DNA from: Callorhinchus milii
Taxonomy: Eukaryota
Length of the DNA: 64,000 bases
Direction: 5' to 3'
Assembly: GCF_018977255.1 (NCBI RefSeq)
Contig: NW_024704748.1
Location: 10,974,001-11,038,000 of the forward strand
The notes under the pieces: model-generated
Seen by the model: only the letters and a program-made list of their open reading frames with translations
Told to the model about the DNA's origin: nothing
Databases searched by the model: none
Part shown: positions 1 to 14,586 of the stretch, one piece after another
How the letters are laid out: the number at the start of each line of letters is the position of its first letter
How positions within the stretch are numbered: the first letter of the stretch is position 1
Program-made: the position numbers and the translations under genes

Positions 1-253
1 CACCGCATGAGACAGTGCGGGGGCTGAAGGAGAAGCTGTTTGCCGTGACAAAGTGGAGGCGGTGTGAAAGGTAGGACCTGAACCAGTCAAGGACAGAACC
101 TTGAAGGTTAAGGTTGGAAGAGAGGTAGTGGAGGAGGATTGAGTGGTCCACGGTGTCAAAGGCAGCAAAGAGGTCGAGGAGGACGAGGAGGCAGAGGGAG
201 CCCTGGTCATACATGGTTAGGATGTTGTTTGTGACCTTGACCAGAGCAGTTTC
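1..253 (-). mobile_element. L2-clade LINE reverse-transcriptase fragment
   Basis: Minus strand reads ETALVKVTNNIL...LLVLLDLFAAFDTVDHSILL, a non-LTR RT motif. Confidence 0.85.
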
Positions 254-564
254 CTGCTACAAGAGATACAAGATGAGCTCCATCAACAAGGAATCCGTTA
301 AAGAGAAAAACTACCTTGATAAACTATCAGGAAAATACATGATGATGAACTGTTAAGTGCTCCGAGACGCTATCCGGGGTGAAGGGCGCTATTTAAATGC
401 AAGTCATTGTTGTTAAAAAGTGAGTCCCACAAATATTTTGAGAGACAGAAACAATGAGGGTTACTATGGTAAAGGCCAGGGAAGTGGGACTGAACACAAA
501 GCTCTTCTGCAGCAGTGCAGATACAAAGGTCTGAATATCATGATGGAAGAATGAGGGGATACAT

Positions 565-843
565 GATCTTTCGGATAACATGTTGAACCAAGGTCCCATC
601 TGCCTGTTCAGGTGGAGGGTTAAGTTCAGATCCCATGACACCATTCGAAAAGAGAAGGGAGTTTTTCACACTGTCCTGGCCAATAAATCCTCCAAATACT
701 CCATGGCTGTTTGTGGGACATAGTTGTGCGCAACTGGCTGCCATGTTCGCCCACAAAATACAAAGTCAATCCACTTTACAGTACATCCTGTGAAGCACTT
801 TGAGACATGATAAGGCACTATAAGAATTATTATTATTATTATT
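565..843 (+). mobile_element. Deu-domain SINE, 5'-truncated
   Basis: Core ggctgtttgtgggaca...gcgcaactggctgcc shared with other copies; ends in an (ATT)n tail. Confidence 0.75.
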
Positions 844-2409
844 AGGATTGCAAAGGGCAATTCTACGACAGGCCCCAGGAAGTATTTTCTTTATAACTAT
901 AATTGAGGCTGAAGGAAGGGGGGGTCAAGGGCAAGACATGGATTTTAAATGCGAGTAGCTGGATGTTCAATACGGGAGGGGCAGGTAGTGGGGAAAGACA
1001 AGACCAAATGGCTGACGGTCCTTATTCATCCAAATCTTCCTTGCGATCTCATGGACGGAAAACTCTCCATCACATCGAGCGAAGCCAAGAGCCGATAATT
1101 AAATTAACATTGTCCCTGAGTTCAAGAGCGACTGGAGAGTGTAATTGAAATGTACCATCCTTTGGGTAAGGTTTGTCTGGTGCAGATTTGGATTTCGGTG
1201 TCAGTGCTCGTATTCAATTTTCCGTCAAGGCTACAAAGACATGTCAATTACTTGAAACTGTAATTTAATGGGAACCTTGCCTAGAAGCTTGAGATGATTC
1301 GGTTTGAAAATGATCAGCAAAAGAGTATTTAAAAATCTCAACCACTAAAATCCTTAACCCCAATCACTGCCCCCACCCTCCCCCTTTCTGACTGCCCTGA
1401 GGAATTACTGAAAATCACAGCATTATTATATAGAGGGGGGTGGGGGGTAAGAGCACATAAATACCTAACATATGTTAGACTGGAAATTACTGTCAATGTT
1501 ATTTAACTGTTAATTTTTCAACTTATTTTCCCCTGTAAAACAAAGACATTCAAGAAAGATATATTTCTGTTGGTCTCCAATTCTTTGAGGCAAGTAAGAC
1601 AAATACTGCTTCGAGCAGTTTCTTTTGGCAGTTACAATATAATTGGATTAACATACAAAATAAGAATTCCTGTCAACAGCAGGTCCTAGGTCAAATCTAA
1701 GTTGTACATTTTGAATTTTCCTTATAAAGCGCCCACATATGGAGATACCATTTTGTGAACTTTTCCGCCACTGTGCACAGCTCAGAGATGTCAAACGACA
1801 GGCTCAGAGGTATCGTCTTTCTCATCTGATGGGAGGTGGCGTCCTTCTCCTGTCTTGGATGGCCCTTCCTATCCAAATTTACCCCCAGATTCAAATTATT
1901 TGGATCCACTTCTCATTATCATTGATGGGAATTTGCTGTACCCCGATTAGTCATTCCATTTGTCTACAAAAGGCTTACTTTGATTTCTAATCGATTAGAA
2001 CACTTTCTTTTGTCAGTTACAACATAATTGATCAATTATATCAATTATATTGATCAATTATATCTAATCAATTATTTGTGCGCCTTCACCCACCAAATGC
2101 ATTGCACTTTACAGTGCGTCCTGAGAAGCACTTCGAGTCATGCTCCCGACAAGAAAGGCACAATATAAAATGCAAGCATTCTTATCGGTTATTTTATAAA
2201 GCGCTTTGAGATGTTATCTTTTGCCTGAATATCTCTTAATGTAAATTCAAGATCTGATGACACTCTTTAAAAAGAGAAGGCAGTTTGTCCCGGTGACTCA
2301 GCCGACAATCTCCCAAATAAATTGGTTCTTCGTTTCACAGTTGTTTGTGGGACATTGCTCTACGCAAATTCTGCGTTTCATCTCCAAAAATACTAAATAT
2401 TGCAGTGAT

Positions 2410-2520
2410 TGAGAGGATACAGAGGAAGGCAACCTAAATGTTTGACGGGATTGTAGGACTAGACTACGAAGAGCGATTAGCTAAACTGGGCGTGTTCACA
2501 CTGGAGAAGAGAAGTTTGAA
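2410..2520 (+). mobile_element. CR1 LINE ORF2 C-terminal fragment
   Basis: ERIQRKAT*MFDGIVGLDYEERLAKLGVFTLEKRSL is typical of the CR1 ORF2 end. Confidence 0.8.
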
Positions 2521-4289
2521 ATTTCCCCACTTCTGGAAAGGAACACACACTCTCTCCCAGGAGCTGTTCCCACATAAAGAGTATTTACCTGGGTCTATTT
2601 CATTCAAGGTTGACACTTTGCATAAGAACTTTCTAACCCAATCTCTCTTCCAATTGTGCGACTACTTTGTACACTCAGAATCTGCAAATAAGAATGGCTG
2701 AGCATCTCGACGTACGATACTGTTATCTAAAAATTAAGCGCTTGTGAGACCTGCCCAGATAATAAACAGGAATCTTATGAGGATTCCTAAAGGTTATTTC
2801 TACCAAAGTTCACAACTCATGTTAACTCGCTACATTTCCATGTTGCCGCTCTTTAACGACCCGGTCGGGGCAGAGCAGAGCCTCTGATGAGCACGTCTGC
2901 CCCTCTGGTGTAATCTTCCTTGTCGGCCTCCTCGTCAGTAAGGTAACGAGAAGGAGCCGACCGCAACATGCGCACACGTTTACAGCTTTTAACGAGCTGC
3001 CGGTGACAGCAAGTGTATCCCCTGAAGCAAGCGATGTGATCTGCATTAAGCTGCTACAGTAAGATTCATGTGAACAGCATTTCAGCCCCACTAACATCAT
3101 ACGGTGCACAGAAGATATGCATAGAAAACTCATGGGTTCCCTTACCAGCATTCAGCCTAATTCACCTTGTAAATCCTACAAAGTTAGCTCTCAAGGCTCC
3201 GCCAAATGCCTACAGTGTTCTCCACCATCTATCTAATTTAGCTCCAAAATCAAACTGCACACGACCTACATCCCTGCACTTGAAGCTCGGTAAAGCTTTA
3301 ACTATATGTCTACTTCTTATCTTGGCTTCAACTATGATTTATCAACAGGGCAGAAAAGCCAACTTAACAATGTGAACTTCAAATAGCGAATGACAAATAA
3401 GAGCCGTTTAAGGAAGCCTTAAAGAGGACTGCATGCAACCAGGGACTGTCACACTGCCTCTGGCAAATAAGTACACAAAATAATTGGCAATCAATTCACC
3501 TCTGGATGCTGCTTTTATAGGTTCTTAAGGTTTCTAGTTATCCATCTGTCTGCCCAGTGTGAAAATTGACTTTCAACAACAACCATGCCTTTCTTTATAT
3601 TGCGTCCTTCACATAGAATAAATAATGTCTTGCAGCATTTCACAGAGCCCGGGACCAGCAAGCAAGCAGGAGGAGGAGGAGGAGAAGGTTGTGGTCAAAA
3701 AGATAGGCTTTTAGATGAAATTTAAAATCAAGAGAGGTGGAAGGATGAAGTTCCAGAAGTTAAGAGTGAACTTGTTGAAGACAGATGGTGGTGCCGGATG
3801 GTGAAACAAGATGGAACAGGATGTGCAACAAGCATTCATAACACGAATCCCAAACGGCGGGATTAACAGCGAAGTGGTCGTTTTTTGTCCTACCCCAGCC
3901 GGGCGCCTGTGAATAAGGATTAAAAGTTTGGCAAATTTTTTACGAACCAGGGCAGATGTTCTGGTCAGCTTGCTGGTTCATTCTAATCTGCTTTTAGCTT
4001 TATTCAACGGTTTCCCCAAGATGCTGAGAGTTTTCAAAGATGGTCTGCTCTCAGCCTCAATCGTGGGCAGGACTGGGTCAAACTGGCCACTGTTCACATC
4101 GGATTGGTCACAAGAAAAAGTTAACTCCTTCAGAACCAAACTCAACTATCTGGGGAACGTGTCGCTGCTGACAAAACCGTGACCCATTACAAGACGGGCT
4201 CTGATTTCACAGATCTCAAACTCCAGGTTCTATTTTTCAAGCCCAAATACCATCAGAACAATTCTTCAGAATGTACCAAGGCAGCAGAG

Positions 4290-4515
4290 CAAAAAAACAA
4301 AGGTTCAAAGTTGCAAAGGACAATTTCAGGACAGATATCAGGAAGTTCTTCTTTACTCAGTGGGTAATTAACGACTGGAACGGTGGGAAAGAGGTCAAGG
4401 CCTCGACATTGGACTCATTTAAAAAGTAGCTCAGCACCGAGACAGGAGGCTGGTAGGGTGGCATTTCTGGAGGGATGAGATGAGAAGGACTGAAGGACCG
4501 TCTTAATCCAAACCA
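4290..4515 (+). mobile_element. CR1-like LINE 3' end, degenerate
   Basis: Aligns by eye to the reverse complement of 8470-8700 (ttgcaaagg...ttcaggaca...ttctttac...ggactc.tttaaaaag). Confidence 0.65.
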
Positions 4516-6947
4516 TTCTTGTGAGGGGAGCTTCACTATCTTTAACATAACATATTCTGTGCAACTGTGGTGTTCAAAGGCAGAAAACAAAATGAAACCA
4601 AAGTGTAAGTCAGAACACGTCACCTTATAGACAGCATGATAATCAAAGCCTAGTTACATCATCGCTTGGAAAATTTAATGGAAAACAGAGTTAGGTGCTG
4701 CCATATGTGACCAGCCGGTAGTGCAAGCAGAAAAAGGAACAATTATCTTTATTTTTACAGCTCCCTTCACGCAGGATAGCATCTCGGAACACCAAAACAA
4801 TGTATAGGACACCGTACGTTTCTGTCCAGGCTTGATGGAAATGTGCACTTCCTTCACGCATCGAGAGGAAAAAGCCCAATCTGTTAAAAACTCCTATTCT
4901 CTTGGTTGTCGACTGCAACTCCCAAAGGCCTGTTCACGCAGCTGGACTGGACAAGATTTCGTACAGAAACGACGCACTGTAGGGAACTAGCCAAAGTATC
5001 TGCTGTTGCTGCTGCAACTGTCTTATTTTTTCATTTGCTCTCTGCATACAATGCCAAATACCAATGAACAACAAAATAATCCTTGCATTTGATATAATCC
5101 TTGAAAACTATATCGCCGCCCATTCGGTCCAATGCAGCAAGCAATAAAGCATTGCAAACGAGAGAAACGTAAAGGTAAAGCCTTTCTCAATCTATTCCCT
5201 GAATGGCTTGCTGTAGAAAACTTCTTATACGTAGACACCAGGCTAATGCACTTCAACCTGCAATTACAACATTACTGAACCATTACCCACTTAAACAATA
5301 TCATCTGAGGGAGTCCTCCTGGTCTCATTAGGATTTTAAGGGTTATGTGGTTTACTTGCTTTGTGTTGGTGCTCTGAGGTTGTAATTAGTAAATATATAC
5401 CAGCAGGGTAGCTCGATTTGCCTGGCTGAAAGTGAGTAAAATATTAAAATTAGAATATCCAAATGTTATTTTGCAAATGATATTTTTAAATGGGGTCTGT
5501 ACAGCAATCATAGGCTTCATTTAATTAAGATTGCTGAGCCACTTAAAAAAGCATCAAAAAGGGCCAAAAGTCATTCTAATAAGCTACCAAACACAATTAC
5601 ACTAATAACAATGGAGCTTTAAATCTATTCCAGACATTTGTAGATGTACTGTGCATGTCTGCACTGTAATGTCAAACATCGACAAACGGGACTGCTTTTC
5701 TGAGAAAAATTAAGAGCGGGCACGTAACAACGAGCCTAATATTAAAGACTCTGAACATTTTCAAACTCTCAAAGGAGGTATAAAGTGCTTTCATAAATAT
5801 TTCAGAAGCACAATAATTTCAACGGTGTTATTATCTATTGCACTGTTAGCTTTCTAATACCACTTCTTGAAGTTGCTGAGTGTTATTTAGCAATTGTTGC
5901 AAATCGATTTCAGTAATTTTATAAACAGCCTTAAGCAGCAGTTGATATTTTACCTGTTGCTAAGCAACCGCTGTAATGCATAGTCATCTGTATAAATCAT
6001 TAGATTTTGTTGAAACAAACATTGATCCGCTGGTACGTTTTAATTAAATCATTCTTTTTTTTAAGATTCAAACAGTACGACAGCATGTTGTACAGAATCA
6101 GAGTTGGACTACCCTTAACAACACAATTCAGTGTCTGAAGGCAAACACAGAGATTAAAATATTTATAACGTGGACTGAGAAGCAGTATATAATGGTCGAG
6201 TATACCTCACTGCTGAGGCCTCACAGCATACATTTGCCATTTGCAACAATCCCCCATCATTTCTCACTTGCGGCTTACGGTTCTGTATGAATAAGAACCG
6301 TATCAACAATATTTTTATTATTATGTTTTCGCTCCCCAGGCCCTTTAGCTGCTTTAAATATTTCCACTATCTGGTGCACGAAAAACAAATAACTGTGGAA
6401 GCTGCCCACAAAACAGAATCTACATCTTATCTGACCAAAATATCTTACAAGATCAAACTGTTTTCCATCTCGTTCTGTGTCTGGATAACCCGGTGCAGCC
6501 CATCTGCAACAACCCGAGAACTTTGACGCAGCTGGTGCGCGGGATAGACATGCAATGGGTTGAAACGTTAAAAGATTAACCTGGCGCAAAACGTTCGGAA
6601 CTCTCTGCAAACGCAGCTTGGAGAAACAACTGGCGATTTTGCAACCACTCCCATCATCGTGGCCGTGAATAAAAATGTTGTTGCGAAATTTGACGCGCAT
6701 GTTAAAAAAAAAAATTGTTCTTGAGGTTTGAAATCGCGTATCGACCCCCACTCCTCCCCATCTCCCACTTCCACATATACACTCCAGTTTAATTGTGCAG
6801 GGCTTATCATTAAAATTCCCTTTTCAAAACTCCTATCGTGCTACAAGCTATTCTTTTCTATTGCTGCTTATCGCCATCCTGTTTAAAACATCATAGCAGT
6901 CAGTTGGCTTTACTGTCAAGTAAAGCAATCTGAGACCGTTTGAATTA

Positions 6948-7253
<306 letters not shown>

Positions 7254-7924
7254 TCAAAACTGCAGCTACGGGACAATGCTTAACAAGTCGTCTTTTATGC
7301 TCCGACATTAAACCGATGTAACTATAGGCCGGGGAATTGGAGATGTACACTTATCTGAAAGGGTAGTTGGTGCTGATGGCAACTCTCTGGTTCATTGTTT
7401 ATACTCAGTGAAGCCATTAAAAGCAAATAAGAGACAGGATCTTTGCCAGCTTTCTAGATCTGAGTCGCTGTTGCCAAGTGAATAACTGTGAGCAATCATT
7501 TCAAACTGGCAAGCGCTGGCATTTGGAATGTGTGAACTGAATGCCAGTCAGCTCATCCTGACTCCAAAATGTCAAATGACCACTTGCGGCAGTCTGTAAG
7601 ATTCGGGCTGACACACGTGCAAAGCACAACCTTACCTGTATGCTAGACATGCGGTTCGTCGTGCCTGTGCTGCTCTAGAATTCACAGGGTCACTGTTCCT
7701 CAGTACCTGAAAGCTTCACTCCTCATTCTTTTGACGCTGAACAAGTAGTGCGTATACGAGCCCTGCTATTCAGCAAATGCCAATTCCTTAAGTCACTGCT
7801 AAATGCTTTCTATATCAAACGTGCTGCTCTCGAAACAAACATTTAAAAGGCAGCCCTTGGCTTGCAGCAAACTTAAAAGAATCTCTATATTTAATTCTCG
7901 TTTGCTATCTTTTTTATATTTTAC

Positions 7925-8024
7925 AGTCAATTCACTTTACAGTATATTCTGTGAAGCGCTTTGAGATGTCAAGAAGTTGTGAAAAGCGCTATATCAAATG
8001 CAACCATTATGATTATTATTATTA
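7925..8024 (+). mobile_element. SINE 3' tail
   Basis: cagtcaattcactttacag...gcgctatatcaaatgcaa + (ATT)n, same family as the full copies. Confidence 0.8.
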
Positions 8025-8469
8025 TCTCTGCTTTGTGCGGTTCTCTGGATTTTTTTTTATACTCTGCTCCTTACTTGCCTTCTCTTTCACTCACTAACCT
8101 ATCTTGTATAATGGAGAGTCAATCTGTTGGCAGAGCGGAGGGCCACCAGGATGAGGATCCCAAAGACAATGTTAATCCAACAGCTATAGAGCATAAAGCA
8201 CAGATAGAGGACGTGGCCTTCTGTTTATCTGACCGTCTCTCTCTCTCTTTGATCCATGAAAACCCTGTCCTATATTCAGTTTTTTTCTCCACTATCTCTC
8301 TTTAATATCATGTGTCTAGCAGGGGATTCATTTCACTCAGTCCCTGCTCATCCACATAACTCTACCCACCAACCTACCGGTTTTGCAGGGAGTCTGTTCC
8401 AAGTTGATATCCACCACACAAGCAGGATGCCTGAAGCTAAATACCATTCAATACGCATAAAATCACAAG

Positions 8470-8815
8470 ATTAGTTTGGATCAAGAAAGCCCTTCGGCTC
8501 ATCTGATCTCATTCCTCTGGAATACGCACTCTTAACTGTCCTCCCATACCAGCATTGAGCTGCTTTTTAAACGAGTCCAGTGTCGCGGTCTCAACCACAC
8601 TTCCTGGCAACATGCTGAAGCCATTAATTACCCTCTGGGTAAAGAAAAAAAATCCCTGACATGTGTCCTGAAAATGCCCTTTGCAACTCTAAACCTACAA
8701 ACTTTCGTTCTGCTGTCTCAGGACATTCAGGCTTTACTTTTTCAATTGCATCAAAACTTTTATACATCTGTATGAGTCGACTTCTCTAAAGACTGAAGAG
8801 CCTGAGCTTGTCTAA
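8470..8815 (-). mobile_element. CR1-like LINE 3' end, degenerate
   Basis: Inverted homologue of 4290-4515. Confidence 0.65.
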
Positions 8816-8944
8816 TTAACATACATACGCAAAACATTCTTTCTCTACTTTTGACCTTCCGTGACCAGTGAGGTGTTACACTAACCCAAACTGTTTAGAT
8901 TTTCCTTCAGCACCTGTGTAATTTCAAACTTCACTAGGACTTAC

Positions 8945-9169
8945 CGCAACTATCGTCACCTTAGGGAAGTTGTGAAGTGTTTCCCATTCTCGTTTCAGGT
9001 ATTCCAGTGCGCCCACAAATACAATGTGCTTCAGTTCATGATAATGAAAATTGCTGGCCCGTAAAGGCATTACTAAATTCCGTAAGCCCACCAGGGCAGA
9101 CTTTGAGTCCCCAAATATACACACCACCACGTGTCCGCTTAACACCGTCATGGCAGCTTCACTTCGGGT
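8945..9169 (-). CDS. KCNMA1: KCNMA1 constitutive exon, 225 nt, [21 protein letters not shown]...[10 protein letters not shown] (RCK2)
   Basis: gctctag|ACCCGAAGT...GTTGCG|gtaagt; phase 0-0; overlaps ORF 8924..9151. Confidence 0.99.
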
Positions 9170-9798
9170 CTAGAGCACAGACAAAAGATCATGGTTAAAG
9201 CCAATATATGAAATCCATACTCATTCACATAAGTTCGTCCAGTATACACAAAGCCGCAGTGGAAAATTTAACCGTTTGAAACATACTGCTTGATGACTTG
9301 GTTTTAATTTTTGTCCTTATATGGAACCACAGAGCCCAATACTCACTGATAGCCCTTTCAGATTCACCCATTAATACCTCTGACTCTCAAACAACCTGAG
9401 GAGAGGAACTTTTGAGTTGGTGGCTGGCTGTGTTAAGGGAAAGGGTAAGAGACATTGCACGCAAGAAACATTAAATTATCCTCTGCAAAATAAAAAACCT
9501 GCAATGTTTCAGATAAGTTTATTCCCCACAATTCTGCAAGGATATATTGTGGAAAGCTCAATTTATTTCCAGGATAAGGTCACTTGTGATTGACAAAAGT
9601 TCTCAATGCTCAAAGAATAGTTAGACCTTGCAACAATCCTCACCATTTACTGTTTACCAATATGGACCTTGTGCTATGAGCAGTGGGACTGCACTACCAC
9701 AAAGCTATAGGTGGACGATTAGCTTCAACCAGTCAGGATTAGGCCCAGATCGGGTCTGATTCAACGGGATGTCATCTGCACACTCCTTCTAAATATAG

Positions 9799-9839
9799 TC
9801 ACTTTGTCAGAGTTGATTCCATCAGCTCTGACAAAGTGA
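9799..9839. repeat. 19-bp inverted repeat (hairpin) with a 3-nt loop
   Basis: tcactttgtcagagttgat-tcc-atcagctctgacaaagtga, one mismatch. Confidence 0.9.
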
Positions 9840-11923
9840 GTGCAGTATCCCATTGTTATTTTTAAAACAAAATAACATTTAAATAATTTCTCTATTCTGC
9901 ACAGCATCCTGAGGGTGGGGAGGTATGTCCACAGCTGCCCATCAGTGCTGGCTGTACATTTGCTATCACAAAAACTTCAATGAAGCAAGCTGCCTTCCTG
10001 ATTTGTCCTCTACTTCAAAGTTGACAGCTTGGGCAAAAAGTCAGGTAAAATTATTGGCTCCAACTCTTTGTGCCTTCCAGGCACAGGGTAAAATTCCAGA
10101 GAATTTGCCTGCTCACTCCCCTCCATCAAATTACTTAACAGAGCAAAATCATTTTAACTTGAAATGACAATGAAATGCAACAGCAAGCTAGGTGGGACAA
10201 TGTGTCAGAAACCCCAGGAACTGCACCTTTTCAAACAAAAGGGAAGAAAAATCTGTGAAAAAGAATGACACAAAAGCTAAATGTAAAATTATTAAAAATC
10301 ATCTCTGCATAGATCAGCAACAGTCACATGGAACATGGTTTAATGCACGTAACTTCCTTGTTATGTAAATGCCAACAGGACAATTGCGAGACGTAAATAA
10401 AAGGATCTAAAATAAAGTGCCTGCATCTATTGCAAAACAATGAGGAAATAAATGGTGAAGAGTTAGCTACAAAAGACGGTTACTGTGCGTGTGTCTTTGT
10501 GCCACTTTAAATCTTTTCAATTCTGCTGACTCAAAAAAGGACGATCAAATCTTCTCAATGGGTAAATGAACAAAATGGGGTATTAAATCAAAAAGAGCAG
10601 GAAGTTCCCAAATTAATCCACTACATGTGTCGAGTGAGCTAATCTCAGTTGCGGAGGCTGCGCAGGCCATTACAATTCACCGCAGTCTCTCTGAACTATG
10701 GAGAGAGAGAGAAACACGACCAGATCACCATCCAACAACCCCAGGTGGAAAATGTGCACCTAGAGTTACGTGTAGTTACATCGGAGTGATGAGACATGGA
10801 AATGGGTCGCTCGGCCCAACACGTCCGTGGCTTATGCTCCCCACGAGCCACTCCCTGATCTCAGTTAGGGTGAGGGACCGAAAAGCAGCTAAATGCAAGG
10901 AAGAGGAAATGAAAGCAGCCAGGGTTCCAACTCCTGATCACTATCCAGTGATACTTTCTGGAAACTGGGCGTCCATCGACACCAGTGAGGACAGGGCCAG
11001 GCCCAGCGATAGCTTGACCCCAACCCCCACCCCCTTGCCCACGTAAAATAGCCTTATGTCACTGATTCACCTGTGACGGATGGTCATTGTAATCGGGCAC
11101 ATTGCAGCCGATGTTCTCTCATTAGGCTGACAATAATCCACTCGTCCATACGCACGTACATTTAGTTCCCACGGTCAAGGGAACATATGGTGGTTTCGCA
11201 GCACATCTTTGTGTGTCGTACGCTGTTAACCTGTGACTGTTGTTATTTGTCTTTATATTAGGACTGCCCATCAGAACAGGCTTTGAACCGTGTCTCTTTG
11301 AAGAAAGCAGCTCTCCAACAGAGACTGTGCAGGTTAGCATGGATTTCAAACCAGGACTGCCACTTTGCTGCAAATCAGTGCAGTGATTTTACAAATGAGA
11401 AGTGGCATTTATGCAATCAATGAATGCAATGTGGTTTTTCTGGCCGGTCGCTGATAAGCACTGCACTGAAATGCAGAAAAAAGACCTGGGATTGCTGGTT
11501 TGATTGCAATTATTTGACAAATTTGTAGCTCTAATTGTATTTGCATGGCTTCAATGTTTTCAGCCGGCTGAAACCCCATTGACGGAACTCGCTTACACTT
11601 TCCCAGTGCGCAAAAGGTACCATTTGTGAGGAACGCAACTGATCCTGGTCAAAATAAATACGTTCCATCAAAGGAGGACAAGAATCACTGCAAATCAGCA
11701 AACAAAGGGTTAGGTCAGAAGGTGGTGAACACTAATGAAGTTCAGGGCTGTTGGTGGCAGTTTGCAAAACAACACGTCAGTTTTGTTCTTACGAGATGGT
11801 GAGAAGTTCAGTATATGTGGTTGTCAGCTCCTACTAAGTAAAACGTCCGTTACAAGTAATTGGGGAGTTGTGTCACTCTGTGCCACCCAATGTCACTGAT
11901 CACTGCCACTTCATGATACCCAC

Positions 11924-12047
11924 CAGAATGACCTTTTCGATGTCCTTCGGCAGGCACCAGTGAAACATCCCGGTGGAATCGTATTTCTTCACATTAGCGT
12001 CCATCTCTTCAATCTGGTCATTTCCCGGAATTAACAAGGGGTCGTGC
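11924..12047 (-). CDS. KCNMA1: KCNMA1 constitutive exon, 124 nt, (R)[41 protein letters not shown]
   Basis: tctctgcag|GCACGAC...ATTCTG|gtgggt; phase 2-0. Confidence 0.98.
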
Positions 12048-13617
12048 CTGCAGAGACACAAATGCAAGAGAGGAGCTGTCAGTCAGCCTTGACATCGCTC
12101 TCAATCTAACTTCAATCACATGACTAGTCACTACCAGGCAGGCACGCTTAATGAATGCGGCTCGTTTAATTTACTAGCAATCCTATTACTCGCAGTCCTT
12201 ATTCCGAGGCACTGCAACCCTCACCCCACCCCCAAAAAAATTATCAAAGGGCTCACATTAGCTGCTGCAATGAGGTGGAATAGATAGAAACAGAGCTTCA
12301 TGCTGGCATGAAGATGAAAAGCCAATTACATGCTTTTACCGCATACGACTTCTGATGCCTTTCGTGGTGCAATAAAAGCTTTAACAGGGAGCACTTGAAA
12401 TATTTTAGCAATTTTGCCCCATCATATTTTGCTTTTGAAAACTGGAAGCCATTAAAGTTTCAGCGAGTGTCAGTTCCAAGAGCAGATTGATTAATTTACA
12501 TCTGCGTCGTGAGCAGATGATTTTTATTCTGAAGAACATCGGGTATAAAAGTGGTCATCAGCATCTGCCACCTGGCCATCAGTGACAGCAATTCTAACAT
12601 TTCATTGCGTTCGGCACATCTATCATTTCCTCAGCAGCTGTCATCCCGCATCTCTATCTTGAATATTCAGCAATAGAGCTTTCAATAGAAACCTTTTCAC
12701 CCCCGATTCAGCTGAAGCTCTTTCACAATTCCCATTATTTGAAATTCCAGGACGTTTTTTTTAAAAAAAATAATTATAATGACAACGTACCTTACACTTA
12801 GCCATTCCTACATAAGATATACTTAAGAAATGACGGGAAAAAAGGGGGTACGATGGTCCTGATTATTCACTCAAAACTACCTAAAATATCTGCCTCTTCA
12901 TAAAACGAGGTACATTTTTCAGAAAAAGATGTCTGCGGTACTTTGAGCTGTTATGACCAAACACTATATTTCTGACATAATTCAATCCCCATAAGTGCTA
13001 ATATACAAAACGACTGTCTACGCAGACATCTCCTCCTCCCCAACCCAACCCGTGTGCACACTTTATTAAAGTGTCAAGATTCAGTGGAGTGTCCAAAAAA
13101 TGCTTTCTTTTAACTCTTTCACCCATGTTGGTTTCCACTATGGTTCGTTACCCCCTCACGTCGACCTGCGTGGGACTCTAAATCACTGCCTTGTAATGAC
13201 GTGTTCGGTTCTTAGCACGAAGTTCTGTCTCTCCGCAACTGTCACAGGCTGGCACTGCAGACATTTGAAAATGCTTAGCTGGGATTCGCAAAATTGTCGT
13301 GGAGAAATACGGAGAGGGAGGTCACCGTAAGCACGATCAAAAAGGATTTCTTTAGGCAGGAGGGGGCAAGGCAGATTAAGGGAGAGAGTTCCAGAGCTTC
13401 AGGGCGTAGTGGCTGAAGGCATGGCCACTGATGATGGAGAAGAGGAGACGAGCGACAAATAGCAGGCCGGAGCCAGCCGAGCGGAGGGGCAGGTGGTGAA
13501 GTGGGGGATAAACAGGTCGGACAGGTAGGGAGGTATGAGGGCATGCAGCAATTTGAAAACGAGTGAAAGAATCTTGGAATCGATCTGTTCGGTAATTGAG
13601 AGCCAGTGGAGCCTGGC

Positions 13618-14409
13618 AACAGCAACAACAACAACAACAAGATTCCATTTATAAAGCGCCTTTCACGTCAGGAGGACGTCCCAAGGCGCTGCACAGTTGG
13701 GTCAGGACCCGAGCAGGGGGGAAATGGTGAGGGGAGGGAAGGGAGAGAGCGAGGAGGGGGGAAATGGTCAGGGTGAGGGGAGGGAAGGGAGGGAGCGAGG
13801 AGGGGAGAAATGGTCAGGGTGAGGGGAGGGAAGGGAGGGAGGGAGCGAGGAGGGGGAAGAGAGTCGAGAGGGGAGCTGAAGGCTCGGTCAAAGAGAAAGG
13901 TTTTGAGACCGGCCTTGAAGGAGGAGAGGGAGGAAGCGGCGAAGGCACTGGGGATAGAGTTCCAGAGCCTAGGGGCTGAGAGGCTGAAGGCCCGACCACC
14001 GATGGTAGGGCGATTGGGGCGGGGGACGTGGAGCAGACCGGAGCCGGAGGAACGGAGGATACGGGCAGGTAGGTAGGGGGACAGTAGGTCAGAGTGGTAG
14101 GAGGGAGCAAGGCCCGTGGATGGCCTTATGGGTGAGGATGAGGATCTTGAAATCAATCCTCTGGGGGATGGGGAGCCAGTGGAGGCGAGCGAGGGTGGGT
14201 GTGATGTGATCCCGAAGCCTGGTGCGGGACAGTACACGAGCTGCAGAGTTCTGAATGACCTGCAGCTTGTGGAGGGAGGTGGCGGGAAGGCCGGCGAGGA
14301 GAGAGTTCCTATAGTCCAACCTTGAGGTGACAAAGGCGTGGACCAGGGTTTCAGCAGCGTGAGGGGTGAGGTAGTGCCGTAGTCTGGCGATGTTCCGGAG
14401 GTGATGGAA
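13618..14409 (-). mobile_element. Younger 5'-truncated L2 LINE with G/C-rich tandemly duplicated 3'UTR and (TTG)n tail
   Basis: FHHLRNIARLRHYL...LDYRNSLLAGLP...LHWLPIPQRIDFKI; tail gggacgtcctcctgacgtgaaaggcgctttataaatggaatc(ttg)n. Confidence 0.9.
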
Positions 14410-14586
14410 GGACCGGTGTGATGGCGATACCGGATTTTGTGCAGGTGAGTATCTGGGCGCTGGAGTTTTTGATTAATTGGAGTTTGTGTATGGTGGAGCT
14501 GGGGAGAAAAACGAGGTGTGCATTGGAATAGTCTAGTCGGGAGGTGACAAAGGCATGGATGAGGGTTTCGGTTGCGTTGGTTGTGA

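Noticed and set aside
6275-6751. 158-aa minus-strand ORF in CpG-richer DNA
   Set aside because: No recognisable domain or matching splice structure; may be a decayed element
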